A stretch of 64,000 nucleotides of DNA from Hemiscyllium ocellatum. Lineage: Eukaryota. The notes under the pieces are model-generated. The model saw only the letters and a program-made list of their open reading frames with translations. It searched no databases and was not told where the DNA came from. Of this stretch, positions 1 to 10,856 are shown piece by piece (position 1 is the stretch's first letter; each line of letters opens with the position of its first letter). The stretch covers positions 116,268,526 to 116,332,525 of the forward strand of contig NC_083403.1 in assembly GCF_020745735.1 (NCBI RefSeq). The letters run 5' to 3'. Made by a program: the position numbers and the translations under genes.

Positions 1-275
1 AGACAGTATCGGTTTAGGTTGAGAGGGGAAAGATATAAAAGGGACCTAAGGGGCAATTGTTTTCACACAGCGGGTGGTGCATGTGTGGAATGAGCTGCAA
101 AGGAAGTGGTGGAGGCTTGTACAATTACAACATTTAAAAGGCATCTGATGGGTATATGAACAGGAAGGGTTTAGAGGGATATGAGCCAAGTGCAGGCAAA
201 TGGGTTTGGATGTCTGGTCAGCATGGACGAGTTGGATCGAAGCGTCTGTTTCTATGCTATACATCTCTATAACTC
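1..275 (+). mobile_element. CR1 LINE 3' end (runs off the window edge)
   Basis: Encodes the CR1 ORF2 C-terminus (..RGNCFTQRVVHVWNEL..), followed by a CR1-type 3' UTR ending in ctctataactc. Confidence 0.85.
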
Positions 276-278
276 AAT

Positions 279-866
279 CATGCCAATCAGATATCTTATG
301 TTAATCTAGTCCCATTTGCCAGGATTTGGCCCATATCCCTCTAAACCCTTGCCATTCATGCACTCATCCAGATGTATTTTAAATGTTGTTATTCTACCAG
401 CCTCCATCATTTCCTCTGGTAGCTTGTTCCATACTCTCACCACCCTCTATGCGAGAAAGTTGCCCCTTAGGTCCCTGTTAAGTCTTCCCCCTTTCACCTT
501 AAACTTCTGCCCTCTGGTTTTAGGCTCCCCCACCCTGGAGAAAAGACCTTATCTATTTATCCTGTCCATGCCCCTCATGATTTTACAAGCCTCTATTAGG
601 TCATCCCTCAGCTTCCAAAGCTCCAGGAAAAATAGCCCCGGCCTATTCAGCCTCCCTCTGTTGCTCAAACCCTCCAATCTTGGCAACATCGCTGTAAATC
701 TTATATGAACCCTTTCAAGTTTCACAACATCCTTTCTGTAGCAGGTAGATCAGAATTGCACACGGTATTCCAAAAGTGGTCTCACTAATGTTCTGTATAG
801 CTGCACATGATCTCCCAACTCCTATACTCAATGCTCTGACCAATAAAAGCAAGCAAAGCAAAAGCT
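279..866 (-). mobile_element. CR1 LINE 3' fragment, tail-to-tail with the preceding copy
   Basis: Reverse complement of the same CR1 3' region (cccatttgccaggatttggcccatatccctctaaaccc versus gggtttagagggatatgagccaagtgcaggcaaatggg). ORF 316-708 is its antisense shadow. Confidence 0.85.
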
Positions 867-1250
867 ATGAGAGGTTAGAAGGATTTGACGGGATCTATTT
901 GAAGCACATAAAATTCTATCAACGCTAGACAGACTAGATGCAGGGCGAATGTTTCCTCAGATAAGGCAACCTAGCATCAAGAGTCTCAGGATACAGGAGA
1001 GGCCATATTGGACACAGGTGAGCAAACATTTCCCCATTCACAGGGTGGTCAATCTGTTTCAATCAAAAGGCTGTGATGGCCAGATCACGGAGTATATTCA
1101 GGAAAGCAATTGATAAAAAGACATCAAGGAATATGGAGAGAATTTGAAAATGTGGCATTGAGTTAAAGGATTAGCCATGGTCATACTGAATGGCAGAATA
1201 GGCTTAAAAGCCCAAATGGCCTATTCATGTTCCTAGTTCCTATGCTTCTA
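867..1250 (+). mobile_element. Decayed CR1 3' fragment
   Basis: ctagatgcagggcgaatgtttcct, cagggtggtcaatctg and tail gaatggcagaataggc...cctatgcttcta match the CR1 3' end. Confidence 0.7.
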
Positions 1251-1476
1251 TTCCATTGTCAACACCTTTGGCCTTGGATCGCTTGGTGTTCATGAGCCTT
1301 TGGTGGGTGCAATGCCAGCAGCTGTCACCCATTCCTTCTGCCTCTGATGGCAATGAGGAGCTGCCAGTCTCTGATTGTCTGACAGCCCTCAGGTAGCTGG
1401 CAGCTCTCTGCAAGTGAAATGCCCACCTTCAGGGTCCTGAATTCTAGCAAACACACAGCACTAGGCACTTACATAA

Positions 1477-3160
1477 TTCAAAAATATACTTTATTCATAA
1501 AAATATCTTTATATACATTAGTCACTAAAGCAGTTTGGTTCTGTACAGTAGCATATGAAGAAAATAAGCAAACATAGTTTGACTCTATCAGCAAACAAAC
1601 CAAAGGCATTTCTTCCTTGTACAAGATTATATTTACTTATATTTGAGACATCGGGAGAGTCTGCTAACTGAACAAACCGCCATTGAACATAAGCAAGAGA
1701 CCTTAGATGTCATCTTTCCCCACTGCGCCTTCGCAGCAGCTGACCCAAACTTTAGACAATAGGTGCAGGAGTAAGCCATTCAGCCCTTCGAGTCTGCACC
1801 GCCATTCAATATGATCATGGCTGATCATTCCTAATTAGTATCCTCTTCCTGCCTTATCTCCATAATCCTTGATTCCACTATCTTTGAGAGCTCTATCCAA
1901 CTCTTTCTTAAATGAATCCAGAGACTGGGCCTTCACTGCCCTCTGGGGCAGAGCATTCCACACAGCCACCACTCTCTGGGTGAAGAAGTTTCTCCTCATC
2001 TCTGTCCTAAATGGTCTACCCCGTATTTTTAAGCTGTCTCCTCTGGTTCGGCACTCACCCATCAGCGGAAACATGTTTCCTGCTGCCAGAGTGTCCAATC
2101 CTTTCATAATCTTATATGTCTCAATCAGATCCCCTCTCAGTCTTCTAAACTCAAGGGTATACAAGCCCTGTTGCTTCAGTCTCAGTGTAAGGTAATCCTG
2201 CCATTCCAGGAATTGACCTCGTGAACCTACGCTGCACTCCCTCAATAGCCAGAATGTCTTTCCTCAAATTTGGAGACCAGAAATGCACACAATACTCCAG
2301 GTGTGGTCTCACCAGGGCCCTGTACAGCTGCAGAAGCACCTCTTTGCTTCTATATTTAATTCCTCTTGTTATGAAGGCCAGCATGCTATTAGCCTTCTTC
2401 ACTACCTGCTGTACCTGCATGCTTGCCTTCATTGATTGGTGTACAAGAACACCCAGATCTCTCTGTACTGCCCCTTTACCTAAATTGATTCCATTGAGGT
2501 AGTAATCTGCCTTCCTGTTCTTGCCACCAAAGTGGATAACCATACATTTATCCACATTAAACTGCATCTGCCATGCATCTGCCCACTCACCTAACTTGTC
2601 CAGGTCACCCTGTAATCTAACATCCTCATCACATTTCATCCTGCCCCCCCCAGCTTTGTATCATCAGCAAATTTGCTAATGTTATTGCTGATACCATCTT
2701 CTATATCATTAACATATATTGTAAAAAGCTGCGGTCGCAGCACGGATCCCTGCGGTACCCCACTGGCCTGCCATTCCGAAATGGAGCCGTTTATCACTAT
2801 CCTTTGTTTCCTATCAGCCAACCAATTTTCAATCCAATCTAGTACTTTGCCCCCAATACCATGCGCCCTAATTTTACTCACTAATCTCCTGAGAGAGACT
2901 TTATCAAAAGCTTTCTGAAAGTCAAGGTACACTACATCTACTGGATCTCCCTCGTCCATCTTTAGTGTGTCCCTCAGCACGTGGTCATAGACTTTGGAAT
3001 GTGCCAGAAGTCAACTCCTTGTTCTAGAAGACCAACAAGTTTCAGGCAGACCAAAGACCATCTTTCACCAATTTGATGCTCCTCCAAGCACAGTTTGTCT
3101 TGTAGTGCTGGGAACAGACCGTAGAGAACAGTGTCCTGCATCATGGAATGAGCCTCTCTT
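1477..3160 (-). mobile_element. Tx1/L1-clade LINE 3' fragment, split by a CR1 insertion
   Basis: Joining 3160-2960 to 1750-1477 on the minus strand reads ..QDTVLYGLFP..CAWRSIKLVKDGLWSA*NLLVF..LAHSKVYDHVLRDTLKFGSAAAKAQWGKMTS*, then AATAAAgtatatttttgaa. This is the Tx1-type ORF2 C-terminus and 3' UTR. Confidence 0.75.
1756..2959 (-). mobile_element. 5'-truncated CR1 LINE (RT domain to 3' UTR), frameshifted
   Basis: ORFs 2636-2980, 2151-2639 and 1835-2245 give VYLDFQKAFDKV, GVPQGSVL, KFADDTKLG, LQGDLDKLGEWADAWQMQFNVDKC, LYRALVRPHLEYC and RRLRGDLIETYKI. Flanked by CTTTAG direct repeats at 1750-1755 and 2960-2965. Confidence 0.95.
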
Positions 3161-3383
3161 TAGACTAATCTAAAGACGTGGGCTGAATTTTTGTCTTCAG
3201 TTTTTCTGTCATAATATGTCACATGTCAGGAACACATATTGAGAATTGAGACACATTTCTTACCCCACCATCCTCCCAATGACTTTCCATCCATTAAAAT
3301 AAATCATGCGGGGCATGTCGAAATTTGGATTATGTGTGCCCCTCAAACAATTTTTTTTCAATTTCTTGTTAATGGCAGAATTA

Positions 3384-3723
3384 GGGTGGCATGGTGGCTC
3401 AGTGGTTAGCACTGCTGCCTCACGGAGCCAGGGACCCGGATTCGATTCCAGCCTCAGGCAACTGTCTGTGTGGAGTTTGCACATTCTTCCCGTGTCTGCG
3501 TGGGTTTCCTCCAGATGCTCTGGTTTCCTCCCACAGTCCAACAATGTGACCATGCTAAATTGCCCCATAGTATTCAGGGATGTGTAAGCTGCGTACATTA
3601 GTCAGGAGAAATGTACAGTAATAGGGTAGGGGAGTGGGTATGGGTGGGATATTCATTGGAGGGTCAGTGTGGACTTGATGGGTCAAAGGGCCTGTTTTCA
3701 CACTGTAGAGATTTTATGATTCT
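3384..3723 (+). mobile_element. HE1-type (V-SINE) tRNA-derived SINE
   Basis: A box TGGCTCAGTGG, B box GGATTCGATTCC, V-domain gtggagtttgcacattct..gtgggtttcctcc, CR1-like tail. Confidence 0.9.
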
Positions 3724-4203
3724 AATAACTGGCCTTCAGCCCTCTGCAACATACAGTACTTACTTTAATCAGTTTTGATTGGATTGCATGATAACTACCA
3801 CTTGGGTTAAAAATAATCAGGGATTCTGTTCCCCTCTCACTTCTTTTCACTTTGTTGGAATGGTGTAGATTTTACCTGGGGTTAATTGACTCCCTAGAGG
3901 TTAAATGACAAATTTAATTATGCGTGTTGGTAAAGAGCAGAATTAATGTTGTCCTCCAGTTCCACGGTTTGTATTTAGTTTATTGAAATATGTATTTACA
4001 TAGATATATTATTATTGAAGTCAGGTATTGTTAAGTACAGGTACAATATATGGATTTTGTTTGGGAAAATATTAATATGGAATTTTTATTTCAAAAATAT
4101 CTCAGGAGAAGCCTCTCTCTCTTGTTTACATATTTGTTGATGTGTCATAAGGCCCTAGTTTATTTTACAAGTACATTGAAACAGAAGTACAATAGTCAAA
4201 TGA

Positions 4204-4489
4204 TAGATTAGATTAGATTCCCTACAGTGTGGAAACAGGCCCTTCGGTCCAGCAAGTGCACACTGACCCTCCGAAGAGTAACCCACCCCCGTCTGACTAA
4301 GGTACCTAACAACTATGGACAATTTAGCATGGCCAATTCATCTAACCTGCACATCTTTGGAATGTGGGAGGAAGCTGGAGCACCCGGAGGAAACCCACAC
4401 AGACATGGGGAGAATATGCAAACTACACACAGACAGTCGCCCTGGCGTTGTGAGGCAGCAGTGCTAACCACTGAGCCACCATGCTGCCC
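4204..4489 (-). mobile_element. HE1-type SINE
   Basis: (TAGAT)n tail on +, reverse-complement V-domain and head (gcagcagtgctaaccactgagccaccatgctgccc). Confidence 0.9.
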
Positions 4490-4499
4490 ATAGCACCTT

Positions 4500-5180
4500 G
4501 GAAATTGGTAATGGGACCACATGTACCTCTTTTCATCAAAGCAGATTCTGTGTACAAGTTTGATTCTGATACAAACTACCTTTGAATCATATCTCTTCTA
4601 TCCATCTTCCAAAACTAGGCATAACATCTTTTGTGTTTCCATGTTTTATTGACCTTGTTCTTCATCTTAGATCCCCCTTGATTGCGAGTCTATCCTGTGA
4701 TTGATGTCTGAATAACTGAATATGTTGAACATATCAATCCCAAATAACCTGCCAATCCCTTTTCTCAGGGAAGCTTTGTGATTTTGTTTCATTTGTATGT
4801 AATGAGTACAAGTTGAATTATTTATAGACAAACTACTGGGTATTCTGTTGTGTTGATCTACAAATGTGTCCAGATAATTTGTTACTCCAGATCCCAAATT
4901 GTTGCTGCATTTCTTGAATTTGTTCTCAGGATATGACCATACTTCCAAGGCAGCAGGTTTTTGTGATCACTTATTGCCCCAAGCTGGGGTTGATGCACCT
5001 TCTGGTCATATTTTAGATCCCTGTTTGGCAGAATGTTTGCATATTTTAGTTACTTGTGAAAGAGGTCAATCATGCACCCATTGATGGTTCAACAATACAC
5101 TTGCCTCTTGGAAATTTGGTCAGGTTTATGCAGTAGGATAACTTTATCATATATTCGGTCTTCCTGCCCTTGTCAAAAAC
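4500..5180 (-). mobile_element. Highly decayed Ty3/Gypsy pol remnant (protease to start of RT)
   Basis: Minus-strand peptides across frameshifts occur in the expected pol order: TINGCMIDLF..ANILP (protease-like), KFKKCSNNLG..VDQ, ..IGRL..DMFNIFSYSD, GDLR..SIK..VMP, DSKVV..VHRICFDEKRYM..YQFPR (RT motif region). Similarity is weak and read by eye. Confidence 0.45.
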
Positions 5181-6831
5181 TTCAGTTCCAAATCAGAAGA
5201 CAAGGAAGGCTGGTTACACCTGTTTAAAAATATGTTGACTCAGCTGATTCCATGTTTTAGAATTTGTTTCTTCTTTAACTCGATTTCTTCCTGTGAAAGA
5301 CGAATACATATAAAAATGATTTATTTTATATAGTCTATGGTACAACCAATGGAAACTTTTTAAGAAGGAGAATCTAGAGATTGCGCATGGTTTTTTTTTG
5401 TATCTGAAAATATTTCAAACACTGTTGCATATCTGCCAAAATCTGGAATCAATTGCCAAGTATTTTATCAAGCATTCCCAATGGAATATTATCTCTAAGT
5501 ACAAAATATATTGTTACAATCAGCCTTTTTATCACACTGAGTGATTTGTGAAATAAATCCACTAATTCTGCCAACAGTCAGTTCTGAGGCACAGTACGGG
5601 AATGCAGTCTACAATCTAAGATTTTTCTTGTACCCATAGTTGGTAATGTTGCTTCCAAAATTTTATCTCACAAATGTAATCATTGTACCACTTTTTCCTC
5701 GACTTAGAATAATGCAGTTCAAACTTGGGTTTGTAGCATGTTTTTCTGAAAACCATCTAACCATGCTCAATATCATTACACTGATGCATTACATGAAAGA
5801 GAGGAAAAACAGATTTCAGGCAGATTGAGTTTCAGGATCAGCAAGTTAGAACTTATGACCAAAGCTCCTCTTCTATAATAATCAACCTGTTGCAGAGTTT
5901 GAAGTAATTCTAACTCCAGCTATTGCAAAATTGTCCGCATGTTTCATCCCACTTAGATCTAATAATGTGAATACCATCTGTTTATGAGCATCATTAATGC
6001 TCACTGTGATTGTTTTACCAACCAATTCCCAATTATAAATAGATTCTTACTTGTCTCAAATGCACAGATGGTCGCTGAAATTCCAGATACAACAGTGGTC
6101 ATGGTAAATTAAGAGGATACACCAGAAACTGGAATGACAGTGGTTAGCTTGATTTTGGTTGATCATCTTTGATTAATGCAGTACAACACTAGACATCGGC
6201 GAAATTTCAAAGATATATTATATGATCATCAATCTGTCATATTTCGTGTCATTAGCTTAACCTATCACATCCATTTGCAGATTCTTGTATCCTCCCCGCA
6301 ACTTGCCATCCTTCCTATCTTTGTATGATCTGCCAATTTTGGCTTCATAACATTGTATTGTGGGGAGAGGGTGAGGGGACGTTAAAAAGGTTTTTTGGGA
6401 TTATCTCCTCTCAGACAGACACACACACACTCCCACTCCCACTCCCAGGATGAGGCCACAGTCACATCCCAACTATTGACTGGAACATTTCAGTTGGCAT
6501 CTCTTCAGTTTCCTTAACACTTAATTTGAATGCTTTTATTGGCTACCCTCCATTGGGCAAGTAGCCATTACCCTACCAGCCATCATTTTTCAATTGGCCT
6601 AGTGATGGGAATGTGCTCGCAAATGGGCTTGATACGTTTGGAGGCTTATTTTACATTCGCCCTTGTTCCCAGTCTAAATCAGAATTTCTCCCCTTATGTT
6701 TCATTTGTAGCAGTTATATTTCAAATCATTTCAATGATTGAAACTGCTATTGATTGTATATTCAGTTCCAATGAGAGGGGATAGACTAGATTTTCTTGTT
6801 CTACAATAATGGAGCATTCCTGTTGACACAG

Positions 6832-7140
6832 AGATTAGGTTACTTACAGTGTGGAAACAGGCCCTTTGGCCCAACAAGTCCACACCGACCCGCCGAAGCG
6901 CAACCCACCCATACCCCGACATATACCCCTTACCTAACACTACGGGCAATTTAGCATGGCCAATTCACCTGACCTGCACATCTTTGGTCTGTGGGAGGAA
7001 ACTGGAGCACCCAGAGGAAACCCACGCAGACACGGGGAGAATGTGCAAACTCCACACAGTCAGTCGCCTGAGGCGGGAATTGAACCCAGGTCCCTGGCGC
7101 TGTGAGGCAGCAGTGCTAACCACTGTGCCACCGTGCCGCC
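6832..7140 (-). mobile_element. HE1-type SINE, young subfamily
   Basis: Near-identical to 23443-23774, with many CpGs retained. Explains ORFs 6849-7202 and 6965-7177. Confidence 0.92.
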
Positions 7141-7587
7141 ACAAAACCACCATTGAAAAAAATCTAGCAAAGAACAAACAACAAACTGATTGTGATCAAT
7201 GAACATAATTGTTCTTATCAATTCAAAAATTATCATAAAAGTCAAGGACAACAACTAATTAATTAGTCCTGGACACAAGTCTGAGTGAGCTTAAAATCAT
7301 AAATCCCCACTCCTCGACACTTCCAACCTCCAAACCTCAATAGAAAATAGAGATTGATTGTGTGACATGGCAAAGCCTAAAGGACACTTTTATGTGAGTC
7401 GTAACAATAAACCAATCAATTTTCTTTAGGGAAGTTTGCTACAATTCCATTAATTCAGTCACTATTCACAAGTTGGCTCTTCAGCTATGCATTTTGTAAA
7501 TTGATATTGACTTAACTGTAAACTATTTTTAATGTTAAGTGTGGCACAGCGAGATATTTAAAATGTATTTTTTTCTTCTATAAACAG

Positions 7588-7825
7588 ATCTGCAGGTTAG
7601 AAAAACAGTCAGCAATAGGATCCTATCGGCAGGATTTATTTGCAAATCAGCCTCTGATCTTCATTTCACCCAGAAGTGAACCACCTACCTTAATGCTTGA
7701 GAAACTGATCCAGTTGTGTGGGGGCAAGGTGTGCAAAACTTTACGCAAAGCTGAAATTTGTATTGGACAGTACAAGGGAAAGAGACCTCCTGGAAATCGA
7801 CACTTGTCAGAAGGTTGGATACTGG
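7588..7825 (+). CDS. MCPH1: Microcephalin penultimate coding exon (C-terminal BRCT domain)
   Basis: Acceptor ttttttcttctataaacAG|, donor G|GTAAGT, 238 bp, phase 0 to 1. Translates ICRLEKQSAIGSYRQDLFANQPLIFISPRSEPPTLMLEKLIQLCGGKVCKTLRKAEICIGQYKGKRPPGNRHLSEGWIL, which aligns to human MCPH1 as I recall it ([66 protein letters not shown]). Confidence 0.95.
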
Positions 7826-8108
7826 GTAAGTGTTTAGCCAATGAAGAAATCCTGCAAATGCATGTCAATCAGTGAAGGGGACAGAGAATTTTGAGACTTT
7901 TTTTTTCTTATTAACTATTTAGTTAGAGGATGATTCATTGCATTGCACTTGCTAAGTATGTTTACTTTTACTTCCAAATTAGGCAAGGAGTTTTTTTAGC
8001 ACCCCTAATTGCCCTAAAAAGGAAATATCAACTTTGTCCTTGAATCAGAGCATTGTTGATGCTCCCAAAACAGTTATGTAGGAATACGAGAGTTTTGATA
8101 CAGTGCTT

Positions 8109-8391
8109 GATTAGATTACTTAGTGTGGAAACAGGCCCTTCGGCCCAACAAGTCCACACCGACCCGCCGAAGCGCAACCCACCCATACCCCTACATTACT
8201 CCTTACCTAACACTACGGACAATTTAGCATGGCCAATTCACCTGACCTGCACATCTTTGAACTGTGGGAGGAAACCCACGCAGACACGGGGAGAACGTGC
8301 AAACTCCACACAATCGCCTGAGGCTGGAATTGAACCCGGGTCTCTGGCGCTGTGAGGCAGCAATGCTAACCACTGTGCCACCGTGCCACCC
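8109..8391 (-). mobile_element. HE1-type SINE, young subfamily
   Basis: gattagattact tail, V-domain and tRNA head on the minus strand; about 285 bp downstream of the MCPH1 donor. Confidence 0.9.
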
Positions 8392-8569
8392 ACACGTGCT
8401 ATTCAAGAAATACTAAATATCCAAGCCAGAAGTATTAAAGGTCCTGCTTGAAGTGATGATATTATGATGATTGCTGCCTTTATGCTTTTTGTGGTGCTAG
8501 GACTGGGATGTATTGTTGAGTAAGCTTAGTTTGATCTTTCCTGTTCCCACACTCCATCTATAGAGTTCC

Positions 8570-8782
8570 ATTCCAAAGGACATACCATCCTGTCTTGGAA
8601 CTACATCACCAGTCACTGGGTTCCAGTCCAGGAACTTCCTTCCCATTGATACCACGAGTGTACTTACACCAAATGTGTTGTGGTGATTGAAGAAGATGGA
8701 ACTTCACCATCTTATTAAGAGTAATTAGAGATAGAAAACAAATGCTGATCTTGTCAATGACACCCACATTCCATGAAAGAAT
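8570..8782 (+). mobile_element. 3' tail of the second CR1-clade LINE family
   Basis: accatcctgtcttggaactacatc...aattagagatag..aaatgctg..acccacattccatgaaag; same tail as 15540-15640 and 57330-57590. Confidence 0.6.
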
Positions 8783-9292
8783 ACAATCCTGCAGCCATCC
8801 TATAGTGTATAAATTGCAGACAGTGTGTCCAAGTGTTACGCAGAGAGGTGAATGAGTTCTGTAGTAGAACATAAATTAAATGTATATTCCTGAATGATTT
8901 TAAGCTGCTTATAGTTGCTGAGGTGTCAGCATTCAGAATACCACATTCTTAATTTGAGCACAGCAGTTAAACAATCAGATGATACAGAGTACCCAGACCT
9001 GTTCTTACAGTCTTGTATCAACATAGTTGGTCTGACTAAACCCCTCGTCAACAGAGAGTCTAAAGAACTGGAATTTAGCAATGGCCATGCTTTGCAGGTC
9101 AGAGTGAAGTTTAATCAAAGTTTTTCTTATTGGATCATTGCCAGTTTCATAACGGGCATAAATGTAACCTCACACTTGTAACTCTGTTTGGATGCTGTCC
9201 ATGCCTCATTGGCATGGGCTGATTCATCATCAGAAGAATTGTGAATGGAACTGACTACTGTAGAATCATCAGTGAGTAGTCCTGGTTAACAG

Positions 9293-9513
9293 GAGAAAGT
9301 AAGGACTGCAGATGCTGGTGATCAGAGTCGAGAGTGTAGTGCTGGAAAAGCACAGCAGGTCAGGCAGCATCCGAAGAGCAGGAGAATCGATGTTTCGGGC
9401 ATAAGGCCTTCATCAGGAAAGGCTGATAAAGGGCTTATGCCCAAAATGTTGATTCTCTTGCTCCTCAAATGTTACCTGACCTGCTGTGCTTTTTCAGCAC
9501 CACAATTTTGAGT
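9293..9513. mobile_element. Penelope-like fold-back (inverted pseudo-LTR) element
   Basis: Arms ~9338-9416 and 9423-9500 are reverse complements around a GAAAGG loop. The sequence matches the 3' UTR of the Penelope fragment at 34200-34329. Confidence 0.8.
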
Positions 9514-10635
9514 GTTGGTTAACATTCTGACAAATAGATAGTCACTAGATATGCAGGTTAAGGTGGAATTATTGACAAACTTACAAACAAAGGCATTTTA
9601 CTTTCCACATCCCTTTTCTGGAACAGTTTTCTTTCAGTACATAAACACAGTCTTAAGTTGCTGTTATCTGGTTCCTGTAAAGTTGATAGGTGGCAGAGTT
9701 AGCTGTCCTCATTTATACCACCAACTGCATGTCTTTAAGGTCAGGGACAATGGAGCATTGCAATGGTTTGCCTGGATGCTTAGTGCTCCGTTCCAGGGCT
9801 GATCACTTTTAATGTTTTGAGGAAGCCAACAAGTGTACTGCTTCCAACAAGACATTGAAATGTTTGCACAATATAACGTTTAAAAGTTTAATAGATCCAG
9901 TGGATAGCTTGGGTCCATTGAAAAAGCCGGATGGATGATATACTGGTAAATGTTTATCTGCTTGTTATGGTCTAATTTGTCTTGAATTCTAACTTGGCTT
10001 CAATTTTGTGTAACAACTATCTCCCAAATTACACAACTACTTTTACATCAAAGCTCATGGACAACAAACTGAAAGTGTACTGTTGTTGTATAGTTACAGC
10101 CTAAATGCCTCTTTATCGAAAGTTTATCAGAAATATTTTAATTCAAGAAATGAGTGCTTATACAGTTGTAAAGGCTTGCTTGGCCTTTTCTTAAGTCAAC
10201 ACATTTTATCATTGGTGTTAGAATTATGATGCTATTTAATTATAAACTCCAGAGTACTTATTACTGCAAGTAATTAATTCTACAAGTAAAGTCACTCTCA
10301 AATATTTCGATCCATAGGTTGCAAAATCTCCTGGGCTTGACACGCTGATGAAACAGATTGCAAATTCACTGAGATTAGCTAATGTTTTTCAGCAATGAAA
10401 TTTATGCCACATCTTGGAGCAGTGTCTTTTATGGTTCTGATTTATTTTTAAATAAGCTTGTCTAACCCGAAATTCAGTTGAACAGGTCACATTTTGCACA
10501 GAATTTACCTAAAATAGAAATAAATGTATCAGGAAATCTTTTGCTCAGTGGGTCTACTTGCACACTGTTTCCAAAGTAAATCTTCGAGTTATCAGTTTAC
10601 ATGCTTTTTTTAAAAGTAATATGAATTTACCTTCC

Positions 10636-10856
10636 TGGGCATCAGTTAGCTCAGTAGTCTGGATGGCTGTTTTCAGTACAGAGTAACGTCAACAACATGG
10701 GTTCAATTCACACTTTCGGTTGAAGTTACCATGAAGGACTCTCCTTCTCAATCTCTCCCCTCACTCAACCTGACCCTCAGATTAAACCACCACCAGCTAT
10801 CCCTGTCTAATGAAGGAGCAGCCCTATGGTCTGATCAAACTGTGGTAACTTTATCT
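10636..10856 (+). mobile_element. tRNA-derived SINE (non-HE1 family)
   Basis: A box TAGCTCAGTAG, B box GGTTCAATTC, body gaccctcagattaaaccaccaccag. A second copy lies on the minus strand at 38770-38977. Confidence 0.7.

Noticed and set aside
3384-3460. tRNA genes at A/B-box sites
   Set aside because: Each continues into a SINE body and lacks a proper cloverleaf and terminator, so these are SINE heads.
6849-7202. Recurring ORFs (MWKQAL.., LAWPIHLTCTSL, GTVAQWLALLPHSARD) suggesting a small protein family
   Set aside because: All are translations of HE1 SINE copies.
1-7587. ANGPT2 exons nested antisense in the MCPH1 intron
   Set aside because: No angiopoietin signal peptide, coiled-coil or fibrinogen-like peptide seen on the minus strand. 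If present, the gene lies left of the window.
7693-7875. 60-aa ORF as a standalone gene
   Set aside because: It is an internal part of the MCPH1 exon reading through the splice donor.
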